A DNA stretch of 64,000 nucleotides from an uncultured bacterium. GTDB taxonomy: Bacteria; Krumholzibacteriota; Krumholzibacteriia; LZORAL124-64-63. The first letter of the stretch is position 1, and each line of letters starts with the position of its first letter. The position numbers and the translations under genes were made by a program. This document shows positions 8,669-18,279 of the stretch, one piece after another. The notes beneath the pieces are model-generated. The model made no database searches, was not told the origin of the DNA, and worked only from the letters and a program-made list of their open reading frames with translations. The DNA lies in the NCBI GenBank assembly GCA_963727525.1, contig CAVSGO010000007.1, forward strand, positions 384,001-448,000, in the 5' to 3' direction.

Positions 8669-11600
8669 ATGCGCGTTTGCCTATGGTTTTGCGCGGTCCT
8701 GGCGTGCGGCGCGGCCACGAACGCCCTCGCGGTCGGTCGCGGCGTCGTCATTGCGGATTTCGAGTCGGGCAGCGTGGCGTTGCAGAGCTACCCGGGGCAG
8801 GATGCCGACCCGGAAGGCTGGGCCCTCGTCGACGAGAACACCCACGACGGCTCGGCCTGGAGTCTGCGCCTCACCGGCAACACCTGGAAGATCATGCCAG
8901 TCGCCCCGGTCGCGCTCACCGACACCACGGTGTGGCAGGTGGCGGTGTTCTGCGAGGACCTCGGCGAGATGCACGCCTTCGGCGTGGGGGACGGGCAGCA
9001 CGAGCTGTTCTACACCGCCTGGGGCGAGGATCTGCCGCCGGACACGAACTGGTGGACCGTGTACCAGGGCGCTTTTCCGCGTCGCGCGTGGCACGTGTTC
9101 CTGCTGCCTCTTGGCGAGGACTGGCAGACGACGTTCGGGTACGCGCCGACCCTCGATCGTCTCTTCTTCGTGAACGACGACGACGCCGACGATGCCGCGA
9201 CCACGCTCTTCGACACGGTCGTCGACGTCACCGGCGATCTGCCGCATTCGCCGCGCTGCCGCATCCTCTACACCATCGACTCGCAGCGCAAGGTGGCGGC
9301 CGACCTCTACCAGGTGGGCGTGCAGTTCCACGCCGAGGTCTTCGATCCCGACAGTGACACCGTCACCCTGGCCTGGGACTTCGGCGACAGCACGGGCAGC
9401 GACGAGACGGATCCAGTGCACGAGTTCCTCGTGCACGCCAGCTATCCCTACACCGTGAGCCTCGCCGCCACCGACCCCGATGGCCTGGCGGCGGGCGACA
9501 CCTGCCAGGTGGAGGTGGATCCGGGCGCACCGGACCGCCCGCTCACCGTGAACTTCGTGGGCGACATCATGACGGGGCGCAGCTACGAGGCGCCGGGCGG
9601 CATCATCGACGCCGATGGCGTGGAATCGATCTTCGCGCCCACCCTGCCCATCCTGGGCGACGCCGCCGACGTCAGCGTCGCCAACCTGGAGGTCTCGTAC
9701 ACGGATCGCGGCACGCCCCATCCCACGAAGAGCGTGGTGTTCCGCAGCCGCCCGGAGAACCTCGACGGCATCCGGTTCGCCGGCATCGACCTCGTGACCA
9801 TCGGCAACAACCACATCATCGACTACGGCGAGATCGGCATGCTCGACACGATGGCCGGACTCGACGAACGCGGCATTCGCTACAGCGGCGCCGGCGTGAA
9901 CGAGTACTTCGCACTGCTACCCTGCTACTGGACCGAGCGCGGCGTACGCCTCGCGTTCCTGGGCCAGAGCAACCGCACCGGTCGCCAGTGGAACTACCAG
10001 CCGTTCCTCGATGCCGGTTACGACAAGCCCGGCTTCGCGTACGAGCTGCCCGCCAACCTCGAGAAGGCCATCGACCACGTGCGCGACCTCGCCGATGTCG
10101 TGATCGTGCAGACCCACAGCGGCGACGAGTACCAGATCACGCCGCCGGACGATCGCGCCGGGCCGCCACCGCGGGTGGAAGACCCGGTGTTGCTTCCCGG
10201 TGCGCCCGACATCCGCTTCCGCAACGAGCCCACGCCGGGCGAGCGCGAGCTGCGTCGTCTCGCCGTCGATCTGGGCGCCGACGTGCTCATCAACCATCAT
10301 CCGCATGTGCTGCAGGGTTTCGAGAGCTACCACGGCAAGCTCATCATGCACAGCCTCGGCAACTTCGTCTTCGACCTCTACTACCCCGAGACCATGCCCA
10401 CCCTGGTGCTCACCCTGGAGATCACGAAGGACGGCATCGTGGGTCAGCGCTTCGCGCCGGCCTGGATCGATCGTTATATCCCGCGGCCGGCCACCGGGCA
10501 GCTCGCGCGCGAGATCATCGACCGCATGGCCGACTACTCGCGGCCCATGAACGCGCTCGTGGTGCCGGACTACGCGCATTCCACGGCGCGTGTGCTTCTC
10601 GCGCGCGACGAGGTCGACTCCCTCGTCGTGTCGCGCGCCTATGAGCTGGCGCTCGTCGCCCAGGACGGATGGGCCACGAGCGCTCCCGTGCGGGCTGCGG
10701 GCGATGGATACCTCAGCGGCATCACGTCGGTGACTGGCGACGGTGCGGGTTGGGAAGTGCGCTGGGGTCGTGAGATCCTCTGGCACGGCGGCTTCGAGGC
10801 CGAGGGCGCGTCGCTCTGGGACATCAACACGTCCGACGAGTGGCTCGACACGACGGTGGCCCACGACGGCACGACGAGCCTCGCGTTGCGGCGAGATCAT
10901 GACGGTGGCGGCCAGACGGGCACTGACCTGATCCGCCACCTGCCCTGCGACCCCGCGCGCGAGCACAGCGCCGGCGGCTGGTTGCGCACCGAGAACGCCG
11001 GACAGGCGCGCACCATGGTGCGCTTCTACGACAGCCGCGGCAGCGAGTCGCCCCTGTCGAGCACCGATCTCGCCGACCCCGTCGATGGCACCACCGGCTG
11101 GACGTACCAGTGGCGCGACCTCGCGACACCCTCCGGTGCGATCTACTTCGAGCTACGTGCTGGCCTGGAGCCGCCCTCAGCCGGGTCGGCGCTGGCCTGG
11201 TACGACGACCTCGCCCTCGTGGAATGGGAGCCCTGGCAGCCGGCCGGCGCGGCTCTCGCGATCGCCGCGCCCAACAACCAGCGCTACCTGCAGGTGCGGT
11301 GCGGCACACCCGAAGCGACCAGCGCCGTGCTCGTCACCAGCGAGACCGTCTACGATGCGGTGCTGACGCCTGCGCCGGACGCAGCGCCGGTGCCGGCGCG
11401 TCCGCGTCTGACGAACCAGCCCAATCCGTTCAACCCCCGGACGACGATCGTGCTCGACCTGCCCGCGGGCGCATCCGTCGTGCCCGTGACCCTGGCGGTC
11501 TTCGACCTGCGCGGCCATCGGGTGGCGACGCTGTATCGCGGCGATCTGGCCGCCGGTCGCACGCACGGATTCACGTGGGACGGCCGTGATGAATCCGGGC

Positions 11601-11683
11601 GCGGACTGGCCAGCGGCGCCTATTTCGCGCGCGCCGAGATGGGCGAGACGGTATGGACGCGCAAGCTGCTCCTCGTCCGTTGA
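8669..11683 (+). CDS. Secreted multidomain protein: PKD + CapA/PGA_cap metallophosphoesterase + CBM-like domain + C-terminal FlgD-Ig tail
   Basis: Signal peptide; WDFGD (PKD); FVGDIM, ANLE, GNNHIIDYG, HSGDEY, HHPHVLQ, SLGNFVFD (CapA); PNPFNP..WDGRD..SGAYF tail. Confidence 0.85.
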   Translation: MRVCLWFCAVLACGAATNALAVGRGVVIADFESGSVALQSYPGQDADPEGWALVDENTHDGSAWSLRLTGNTWKIMPVAPVALTDTTVWQVAVFCEDLGEMHAFGVGDGQHELFYTAWGEDLPPDTNWWTVYQGAFPRRAWHVFLLPLGEDWQTTFGYAPTLDRLFFVNDDDADDAATTLFDTVVDVTGDLPHSPRCRILYTIDSQRKVAADLYQVGVQFHAEVFDPDSDTVTLAWDFGDSTGSDETDPVHEFLVHASYPYTVSLAATDPDGLAAGDTCQVEVDPGAPDRPLTVNFVGDIMTGRSYEAPGGIIDADGVESIFAPTLPILGDAADVSVANLEVSYTDRGTPHPTKSVVFRSRPENLDGIRFAGIDLVTIGNNHIIDYGEIGMLDTMAGLDERGIRYSGAGVNEYFALLPCYWTERGVRLAFLGQSNRTGRQWNYQPFLDAGYDKPGFAYELPANLEKAIDHVRDLADVVIVQTHSGDEYQITPPDDRAGPPPRVEDPVLLPGAPDIRFRNEPTPGERELRRLAVDLGADVLINHHPHVLQGFESYHGKLIMHSLGNFVFDLYYPETMPTLVLTLEITKDGIVGQRFAPAWIDRYIPRPATGQLAREIIDRMADYSRPMNALVVPDYAHSTARVLLARDEVDSLVVSRAYELALVAQDGWATSAPVRAAGDGYLSGITSVTGDGAGWEVRWGREILWHGGFEAEGASLWDINTSDEWLDTTVAHDGTTSLALRRDHDGGGQTGTDLIRHLPCDPAREHSAGGWLRTENAGQARTMVRFYDSRGSESPLSSTDLADPVDGTTGWTYQWRDLATPSGAIYFELRAGLEPPSAGSALAWYDDLALVEWEPWQPAGAALAIAAPNNQRYLQVRCGTPEATSAVLVTSETVYDAVLTPAPDAAPVPARPRLTNQPNPFNPRTTIVLDLPAGASVVPVTLAVFDLRGHRVATLYRGDLAAGRTHGFTWDGRDESGRGLASGAYFARAEMGETVWTRKLLLVR

Positions 11684-11698
11684 GGGGCCGCGACTCTC

Positions 11699-11880
11699 AG
11701 CCCACCTTATTCATGCTATCGCTACTGCGGCGGCGTCACGGTCTCTGTGAGCGGGCTTTCTCGGGTTTGCTTCGGTCACCGTACCCCAGCGGGTACGGCT
11801 CCCTCACAAACCCTGCGAGATCCCGCTCACAGAGACCGTTCCACTCGCCTCGCTACACGATAGCATGAATAAGGTGGGCT
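11699..11880. mobile_element. MITE-like non-autonomous element forming a long nested hairpin
   Basis: Perfect 23-bp terminal inverted repeats (11699-11721 / 11858-11880), inner 18-bp inverted repeat (11738-11755 / 11822-11839), CTCAG repeated directly at both ends. Confidence 0.7.
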
Positions 11881-13775
11881 CAGCGCGAGCACCCGATGGA
11901 CAGGGCGCCAATCCGGCCGCAGCCGCTGCCACCGGGATGGTTGCCCTCCGCGCAAGGACTGTCCGCCCGCAGGTGGTAGTCGCCGCCCGCCACGTCGCAG
12001 ACCAGGGGATCGTCGGCGAGGTTGCCCTCGCCGATCGCCACCTCCGGCGGCCAGGCATCGGCGGTGTTGCCGAAGACGTCGCCGCAGGTCACGCCGAGAT
12101 GGGCGCCCGCGAACAGATCGCATACGCCGCCGCCAGTATTCCAGGCCACGAGGCACGCCGACATCTCGACCTGCCCCTCCCGCTGGGTTCCGTACTGATC
12201 GGTGGCGTAGCCCACGCGCAGGGCGGCGCCGAGAGGGGCGCTATTGGCCACGAGAGAGCAGCGGTCGATCCGCGTGGGCGCAGTCGGGTCGCCGGTGATG
12301 CCGTAGCCGTAGACAGCCACGCCGCCGCCGCGCTCGCTGGCCTCGTTGCCGGCCACGACGCAATCCTCGAGGTGGAGGATGAGGTTGAGACCGGCCACGC
12401 CGCCGCCGCCACCGCCGCTGGTGTTGTCGGTGATCACGCAGCGGCGGACCACGGGTGCGTCGGCGGCGCTGCCCCCATCGCCAGGGCTGTTGACGAGGAA
12501 CACGCCGCCGCCGAAGTCGGTGGCGCTGTTGCCTGTGATGACGCAGTCCTCGATGATCGTGTGACCCCGGCCTCCGTAATAGATGGCGCCGCCATGGCCG
12601 CCGCTGTTCGTGGTGAAGACGCAGTTGCGCACGATGCAATTGTTCAGGTGGTAGGTGAGCCCGCCGGCCTTGGGGCTGTCACCGTCCGCCGGTGTGGACG
12701 TGCCGTTGGTGATCGTGAAGCCGTCGATGATCACGCCATCGTTGTAGCCCTGGATGAAGAGCACGCGACCCCGTCCCTCGGCGTCGAGAATCGTCGCCCC
12801 GGGGCCGGCGTCGCTCGCGAGCGTGATGCCGGTGCGGTTGCGCGCGATGAAGATCATGCCGAGGTCGTGCATCGGGCCGCCCTGATTCGTCCACGTGTAC
12901 CGGCCCGGCCCCACGAGGATGAGGTCGCCGTCGGCGGCCAGCGTGAGGGCGGCGGCGATGGTGGGCGTATCGCCTGAGCCGTCGGCCGTGACGCGCCAGG
13001 TCTGACCGCCGGGCGGCGTGGATGTGACGATGTCGGACAACGCGCTGACGTTGCCGGCGTCGTCGCCGGCGCGGACCGCGACGTAGTATGTCGTGGCGGC
13101 GTCGAGCTGGTCCAGGGTGGCGCGCAGGCGTCCCGCCACCGGCCCGGGCTGCACGGTCGCGGCCGCCGCCGCGTCCCAGTTTGCCGCCGAGAGTGGTGTG
13201 GATGCGTAGCGGACGTCGTAGAGAGTCGCGTCGCCATACGGACCGTCATCGCCGGTGGTGCTCCACTCCACCATGAGCTGGTTCCCGCTGCGCCAGCGGG
13301 CCTCGAGATCGGGGACGGCTGCGGGCGGCGTGAGATCGAGCCGGGAGTCGGCACTGGCGACCACGAGGTTCGAGAGGTCGGACCACTGCGCGTGATCGAC
13401 CGTCGCACGTAAGCGGAACACGTACGTGGCGCCGGTCGCGAGGCCGTCGACGGTGGCCGACTGGCCGGTGCCGGGAGCGGCGGGTGCCGGCACGCCGGCG
13501 ACCGGGCTCCAGTGGGCGAAATCATCGCTCTGCTGGCCGTAGAGGGCCCGACGCAGGTCGTATCCCGCCACGGGGCCATCGCCGCTGGCGAGGCCGGGGG
13601 CCGTCCAGGTCAGGGTTATGGAGGTCGCGGAGCCAGCCGTGGCGTGCAGGTCGTTGACCCGGGCCGGCGTGCCGGTCGGTCCGGGGGCGGAACCGCCGTC
13701 GTTGCTTCCTCCGCAACCAGTTGCCAGGAAATATATTAGAACAATCAATGCGGAACTTCGGCGGCCATCGATCAT
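11880..13775 (-). CDS. Lipoprotein with two fibronectin type III domains and a right-handed parallel beta-helix
   Basis: Lipobox LATGC; two FN3-like units (ITLTWTAPG..YDLR..TYVFRLRA; VEWSTTGDD..YDVRY..TYYVAVRA); repeated C.I..N.A..GGG(V/A) coils. Confidence 0.8.
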   Translation of the reverse strand: MIDGRRSSALIVLIYFLATGCGGSNDGGSAPGPTGTPARVNDLHATAGSATSITLTWTAPGLASGDGPVAGYDLRRALYGQQSDDFAHWSPVAGVPAPAAPGTGQSATVDGLATGATYVFRLRATVDHAQWSDLSNLVVASADSRLDLTPPAAVPDLEARWRSGNQLMVEWSTTGDDGPYGDATLYDVRYASTPLSAANWDAAAAATVQPGPVAGRLRATLDQLDAATTYYVAVRAGDDAGNVSALSDIVTSTPPGGQTWRVTADGSGDTPTIAAALTLAADGDLILVGPGRYTWTNQGGPMHDLGMIFIARNRTGITLASDAGPGATILDAEGRGRVLFIQGYNDGVIIDGFTITNGTSTPADGDSPKAGGLTYHLNNCIVRNCVFTTNSGGHGGAIYYGGRGHTIIEDCVITGNSATDFGGGVFLVNSPGDGGSAADAPVVRRCVITDNTSGGGGGGVAGLNLILHLEDCVVAGNEASERGGGVAVYGYGITGDPTAPTRIDRCSLVANSAPLGAALRVGYATDQYGTQREGQVEMSACLVAWNTGGGVCDLFAGAHLGVTCGDVFGNTADAWPPEVAIGEGNLADDPLVCDVAGGDYHLRADSPCAEGNHPGGSGCGRIGALSIGCSR

Positions 13776-13975
13776 CGTCCATTCCTCCGTCGCTCGCCGG
13801 CGACCACCACCGGGGACCATCATGGTACGGAATTCGAATCGCTCCGAGAATACTCTCCCCAATTTTGCAGAGATGTGCTATCATCGTCCGACGAGTTGAA
13901 TCCCCAGGGGGATCATTTGCAGTTCTGTGCACAACCCTGGATCCGAGAGCCCCGTGTAGCGTAAGGAGAGATGCC

Positions 13976-14596
13976 ATGTTCCGGAACCCCACCGTCGTGT
14001 TCACGATTGTCGTTGCACTCGTCCTGTCGACGGCTGTCGCCTTCGCCGAGATTCCCGACCTGGACCTGAGCACGGCCAGCGTCGCCACGTCGGGCGCGGT
14101 GCTCTTCAGCCGGATCGACGGCAACGGCGATGCCTTCACCATGGCCCACATGGGCGGCGTCGAGGTCGACGCGACCATCACCCTGAACCTGCACAACTAC
14201 CTCGACGATCCGCTGGTGAACTACCCGGCCGAGGACCTGTGGCTGGAGACCAGCGCGGGCGGCCTGATGGGATGCACGCCGCTGATCGCCGACGCGCCGA
14301 CGGATGCGGCTGGCCAGACGATGTGGCAGCAGCCGATTCCGGCCGGTGGCTGCAGCATCGGCGAGACCGTGAACGTGATGGTGGCGGGCAACCCGCTGAA
14401 CCATGCGGGCATGGCTCTGGAGTTCGTGTCTGGCGACCTGAACAGCGACTTCGTGGTGAACCTGGCGGACCTTTCGGTGTTCGCGACCGCGTACCAGGGC
14501 ACCTACAGCGCCTGCTCGGACCTGTTCGCCGACGGTATCATGAACCTGACGGACCTGTCGTACTTCGCGGCTTCGTACGGCAACGTCTGCCCGTAG
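13976..14596 (+). CDS. Secreted protein with C-terminal dockerin-like (paired EF-hand-like) repeats
   Basis: RBS AAGGAG; signal peptide ending AVAFA; GDLNSDFVVNLADLSVF and SDLFADGIMNLTDLSYF repeats. Confidence 0.75.
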   Translation: MFRNPTVVFTIVVALVLSTAVAFAEIPDLDLSTASVATSGAVLFSRIDGNGDAFTMAHMGGVEVDATITLNLHNYLDDPLVNYPAEDLWLETSAGGLMGCTPLIADAPTDAAGQTMWQQPIPAGGCSIGETVNVMVAGNPLNHAGMALEFVSGDLNSDFVVNLADLSVFATAYQGTYSACSDLFADGIMNLTDLSYFAASYGNVCP

Positions 14597-14622
14597 TTCC
14601 CGCGCTCACGGCGGAACGTACG

Positions 14623-14662
14623 GCCGGAGGAAGAGACCAGTCTCTTCCTCCGGCTTTTTTTT
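14623..14662 (+). terminator. Rho-independent terminator
   Basis: GCCGGAGGAAGAGAC / GTCTCTTCCTCCGGC stem followed by a run of 8 T. Confidence 0.9.
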
Positions 14663-14803
14663 GCTCCGGATCGACGACCCGGGAGCGAACACGCGTTGGG
14701 AGTTGGATTTCCGCCCTCGCGTGTTCTATCGTTGGCGGACCGAAACAGGCCGGCGCCGGATCCCCGGTGCCGTTGCCAGGCCCGCCATATCAGGAGGTCG
14801 TCC

Positions 14804-16042
14804 GTGTCCGATGTCCGTCCGTTCCGGGGGCTGCGGCCCCGGCCCGATCTGGTCGCGCAGGTCGCCAGCCCACCGTATGACGTGCTGAACTCGGCCGAGG
14901 CGCGCGAGATGGCCGCCGGCAATCCCTTCAGTTTCCTGCACGTGACCAAGGCGGAGATCGACCTTCCCGTCGACCTGGACGTGCACAGCGACGTCGTCTA
15001 CGAGAAGAGCGCGGAGGCCTTCCGCCGCATGTGCGACGAGGGCATCTTCGTGCGTGACGCCGCGCCGAGCTTCTACGTGTACAAGCTGCGCATGGGTGAC
15101 CACGAGCAGCGCGGCCTCGTCATCGGGGCGAGCGTGCAGGAATACGAGGACGGCCTGATCAAGAAGCACGAGCTCACGCGACGCGAGAAGGAAGATGACC
15201 GGGCGCAGCATGTGGAGAAGCTGCGCGCCAATGCCGGGCCCGTGTTGCTCACCTGCCGGCGCCAGGCCGACATCGCCGCCATCGTCGCGCGGGTCTGCGC
15301 CGATGCGCCCACGGTGGATTTCACGGCGCCGGACGGCATCGGGCACACGCTATGGCCGATCTGCGACGTGCAGACGGTGGCGGATCTGCAGGCCGCCTTC
15401 GCGCGGGTCGACGCGCTCTACGTGGCCGATGGCCACCACCGCACGGCTTCCGCGTTCCGGGTGCGCAACCTCATGCGCGAGCGCAATCCGCATCACCGCG
15501 GCGACGAGGCGTACAACCATTTCCTGGCCGTGGTCTTTCCCGACGACGAGCTGCAGATCATGGGCTACCATCGCGTGGTCCAGGACTTGGGCGGGCTGAG
15601 CGGCGAGGACTTCCTCGGGCGCGTGCGCGAGCGCTTCGACGTGGCGCCCACCACCAAGCCCGAGCCGGCGGACGCGCGTCGCTATGGCATGTACCTCGAT
15701 GGTCAGTGGTACCGACTGACGGCACGGGAGGGCACGTTCCCCGCCGACCATCCCGTGCGCAGCCTCGACGCGAGCATCCTGCAGGAGAACCTGCTGGCGC
15801 CCATACTCGGCATTCAGGATCCGCGCACGGACAATCGCATCGACTTCGTCGGCGGCATTCGCGGGACGCGCGAACTGGAGCGCCGCTGCCAGCACGACAT
15901 GCGCGTGGCCTTCGCACTGTATCCCGTGAGCTGTGCTCAACTCATGGCGATCGCGGATGCGGGCGAGATCATGCCGCCGAAATCGACCTGGTTCGAACCC
16001 AAGCTGCGCTCGGGCGTCGTGGTGAGAACACTCGACGACTGA
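14804..16042 (+). CDS. DUF1015 family protein
   Basis: PPYDV, IKKHELT, LYVADGHHR, MPPKSTWFEPKLRSG; GTG after AGGAGG. Confidence 0.9.
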   Translation: MSDVRPFRGLRPRPDLVAQVASPPYDVLNSAEAREMAAGNPFSFLHVTKAEIDLPVDLDVHSDVVYEKSAEAFRRMCDEGIFVRDAAPSFYVYKLRMGDHEQRGLVIGASVQEYEDGLIKKHELTRREKEDDRAQHVEKLRANAGPVLLTCRRQADIAAIVARVCADAPTVDFTAPDGIGHTLWPICDVQTVADLQAAFARVDALYVADGHHRTASAFRVRNLMRERNPHHRGDEAYNHFLAVVFPDDELQIMGYHRVVQDLGGLSGEDFLGRVRERFDVAPTTKPEPADARRYGMYLDGQWYRLTAREGTFPADHPVRSLDASILQENLLAPILGIQDPRTDNRIDFVGGIRGTRELERRCQHDMRVAFALYPVSCAQLMAIADAGEIMPPKSTWFEPKLRSGVVVRTLDD

Positions 16043-16078
16043 GCCCCGTCGCGTCACGGGACGTGAAAGGAGAGTCAC

Positions 16079-16963
16079 ATGTTGATTCTGATCTCCGATG
16101 CCTTCGACTCGTCCTTGCCTCAGAGACTCGCACGTTTCGGCGAGGTGACCGACGATCAGGCCCGGCTGGCCGACGCCGACGTCGTCCTCATCCGCAGCAA
16201 GACGAAGTGCACGCCCGAGTGGTTCGCCAGGGCGCCGAAGGTGAAGCTCATCATCCGCGGCGGCGTGGGCATGGACAACATCGACCGCGAGTATGCCAAG
16301 GCCCACGGCATCGCGGCCGTCAACACGCCGAAAGCCTCGAGCGTGGCGGTGGCCGAGCTCGCCTTCGGTTTGATGCTCGCCGTACCGAACCATCTCGTCG
16401 CAGCCCATACGAGCATGGCGCGGGGCGAGTTCCTCAAGAAAGAACTCAAGCGCACGGAACTGATGGGCAAGACGCTCGGCCTCATCGGCATCGGCAATAT
16501 CGCTCGCGAGGTGGCGATCCGCGCCAAGGCCTTCGGTATGACGGTGAACTACTACGACCCGTTCGTCCCCAGCAGCGACGTCGCCACGGCGGTGCCGAGC
16601 CTGGAGGCGCTGGTCGCCGACGCCGACTACATCTCGATGCACGTGCCGCTGACGCCGGCCACCGAGAACATGATCGACGCGGCGCTCCTGGCGAAGGCGA
16701 AGAAGGGGGTCGTCATCGTGAACACCGGCCGCGGAAAGTGCGTCGCCGCCGCCGACATGGTCGCTGCACTCGCGAGCGGTCAGGTGGCCACCTACGCCAC
16801 CGACGTGTGGCCGAGCGACCCGCCGCCCGCCGACTACCCGTTGCTCAAGGCGCCCAACGTGCTGATGGCGCCCCATATCGGCGCCAGCACGAAGGAGAAC
16901 CTCGGACGCATCGGCAACGAGGTGGAGTCGATCATCGCGGAATTCGTCCAGGGAGGCAAGTAG
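16079..16963 (+). CDS. serA: D-3-phosphoglycerate dehydrogenase-like 2-hydroxyacid dehydrogenase, short form without ACT domain
   Basis: RGGVGMDNID, AVAELA, GLIGIGNIA, VNTGRG, PHIGAST; adjacent to serC. Confidence 0.8.
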   Translation: MLILISDAFDSSLPQRLARFGEVTDDQARLADADVVLIRSKTKCTPEWFARAPKVKLIIRGGVGMDNIDREYAKAHGIAAVNTPKASSVAVAELAFGLMLAVPNHLVAAHTSMARGEFLKKELKRTELMGKTLGLIGIGNIAREVAIRAKAFGMTVNYYDPFVPSSDVATAVPSLEALVADADYISMHVPLTPATENMIDAALLAKAKKGVVIVNTGRGKCVAAADMVAALASGQVATYATDVWPSDPPPADYPLLKAPNVLMAPHIGASTKENLGRIGNEVESIIAEFVQGGK

Positions 16964-16965
16964 CC

Positions 16966-18051
16966 ATGGCCCGCATCTACAACTTCAGTGCCGGTCCGTC
17001 CACCCTGCCGCTGCCCGTGCTCGAGACGGTGCGCGACGAGATGGTCGACTACCATGCCAGCGGCTTGTCGCTGATCGAGGCCAGCCACCGTGGCCCCGAG
17101 TACAGCGAGGTGCATGCGAACGCCGGCAAGCTCATGCGCGAGATACTCGGCGTGCCGGAGAACTACAAGATCCTCTTCATCCAGGGCGGCGCCACGCTAC
17201 AGTTCGCCATGATTCCCATGAACTTGCTCCATGGCGGCAAGCCGTGCGACTTCACCGTCACCGGCACCTGGGCCAAGAAGGCCCTCGCCGACACGAAACT
17301 GATCGGCAAGCCGCGCGTGATCTTCGACGGCAAGGAGCGGGACTTCATGACCCTGCCCGCCGCGAAGGATCTCGCGGTCGATCCCGAGGCCGTCTACCTG
17401 CACATGACCAGCAACGAGACCATCGGCGGCGTGCAGTGGCAGGAGTGGCCCGACACCGGCGCCGTGCCCATCGTCTGCGACATGAGCAGCGACTTCCTGA
17501 GCCGGCAAGTGCCGATCGAGAAGTTCGGCCTCATCTACGCCGGCGCCCAGAAGAACCTCGGGCCCGCCGGCATGGCCGTGGTGATCATCCGCGACGACCT
17601 GCTGGCCCGGTGCTCCGACGAGTTGCCCGCGTACCTGCGCTTCAAGATCCACGCGGAGAACGACTCGCTCTACAACACGCCGCCGGTGTTCCCGATCTGG
17701 GTGTCGGCGCTCGTGCTCGCACACGTCAAGGCCAACGGTGGGCTGCCCTGGGCCCAGAAGCTGGCCGAGCAGCGCTCGCAGCTCATCTACGGCATGATCG
17801 CCAAGCACGGCGGCTTCTATCGCTGCCCGGTGGCGGAGCATTGCCGCAGCAAGATGAACATCGTGTGGCGCCTGCCCAGCGAGGATCTCGAGAAGCAGTT
17901 CATCAGCGAGGCCAAGAAGGCCGGTCTGAGCGGCCTCAAGGGCCACCGCAGCGTGGGCGGCTGTCGGGCGAGCATCTACAACGCCATGCCGGTGGAGGGC
18001 GCCCAGGCTCTGGCCGGGTTCATGGACGAATTCGCGCGCAAGAACGGTTAG
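16966..18051 (+). CDS. serC: Phosphoserine aminotransferase
   Basis: YNFSAGP, SHRG, QGGAT, NETIGG, DMSSD, YAGAQKNLGPAG, YNTPP, GHRSVGGCRASIYNA. Confidence 0.97.
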   Translation: MARIYNFSAGPSTLPLPVLETVRDEMVDYHASGLSLIEASHRGPEYSEVHANAGKLMREILGVPENYKILFIQGGATLQFAMIPMNLLHGGKPCDFTVTGTWAKKALADTKLIGKPRVIFDGKERDFMTLPAAKDLAVDPEAVYLHMTSNETIGGVQWQEWPDTGAVPIVCDMSSDFLSRQVPIEKFGLIYAGAQKNLGPAGMAVVIIRDDLLARCSDELPAYLRFKIHAENDSLYNTPPVFPIWVSALVLAHVKANGGLPWAQKLAEQRSQLIYGMIAKHGGFYRCPVAEHCRSKMNIVWRLPSEDLEKQFISEAKKAGLSGLKGHRSVGGCRASIYNAMPVEGAQALAGFMDEFARKNG

Positions 18052-18086
18052 GTCGCATCCGGCCGGTTTCTGGTCGCGATCGCGTC

Positions 18087-18120
18087 GCCGGGCGAGGGGA
18101 TCCCTCGCCCGGCTTTTCTT
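18087..18120 (+). terminator. Rho-independent terminator after serC
   Basis: GCCGGGCGAGGG / CCCTCGCCCGGC stem followed by TTTTCTT. Confidence 0.8.
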
Positions 18121-18279
18121 GAAAACCATTTCCAAAGTGGTTCTCGACCTGCCCATGTGGTAAAATCGCTAGCGTTCCTGCAAGTGAGCCCGGGCGTGGC
18201 ACCTGCGTGGATCGGTCCGCGATTCTGTGGTCCTGCGCAAGGCAGGGTTGCCCGCCCATCGGATTAAGGAGACCAGCGA

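Noticed and set aside
15352-16965. Apparent 899-aa SerC with a long N-terminal extension
   Set aside because: The extension overlaps DUF1015 and serA in another frame and is Arg-rich noise; the real start is ATG 16966 after GGAGG.
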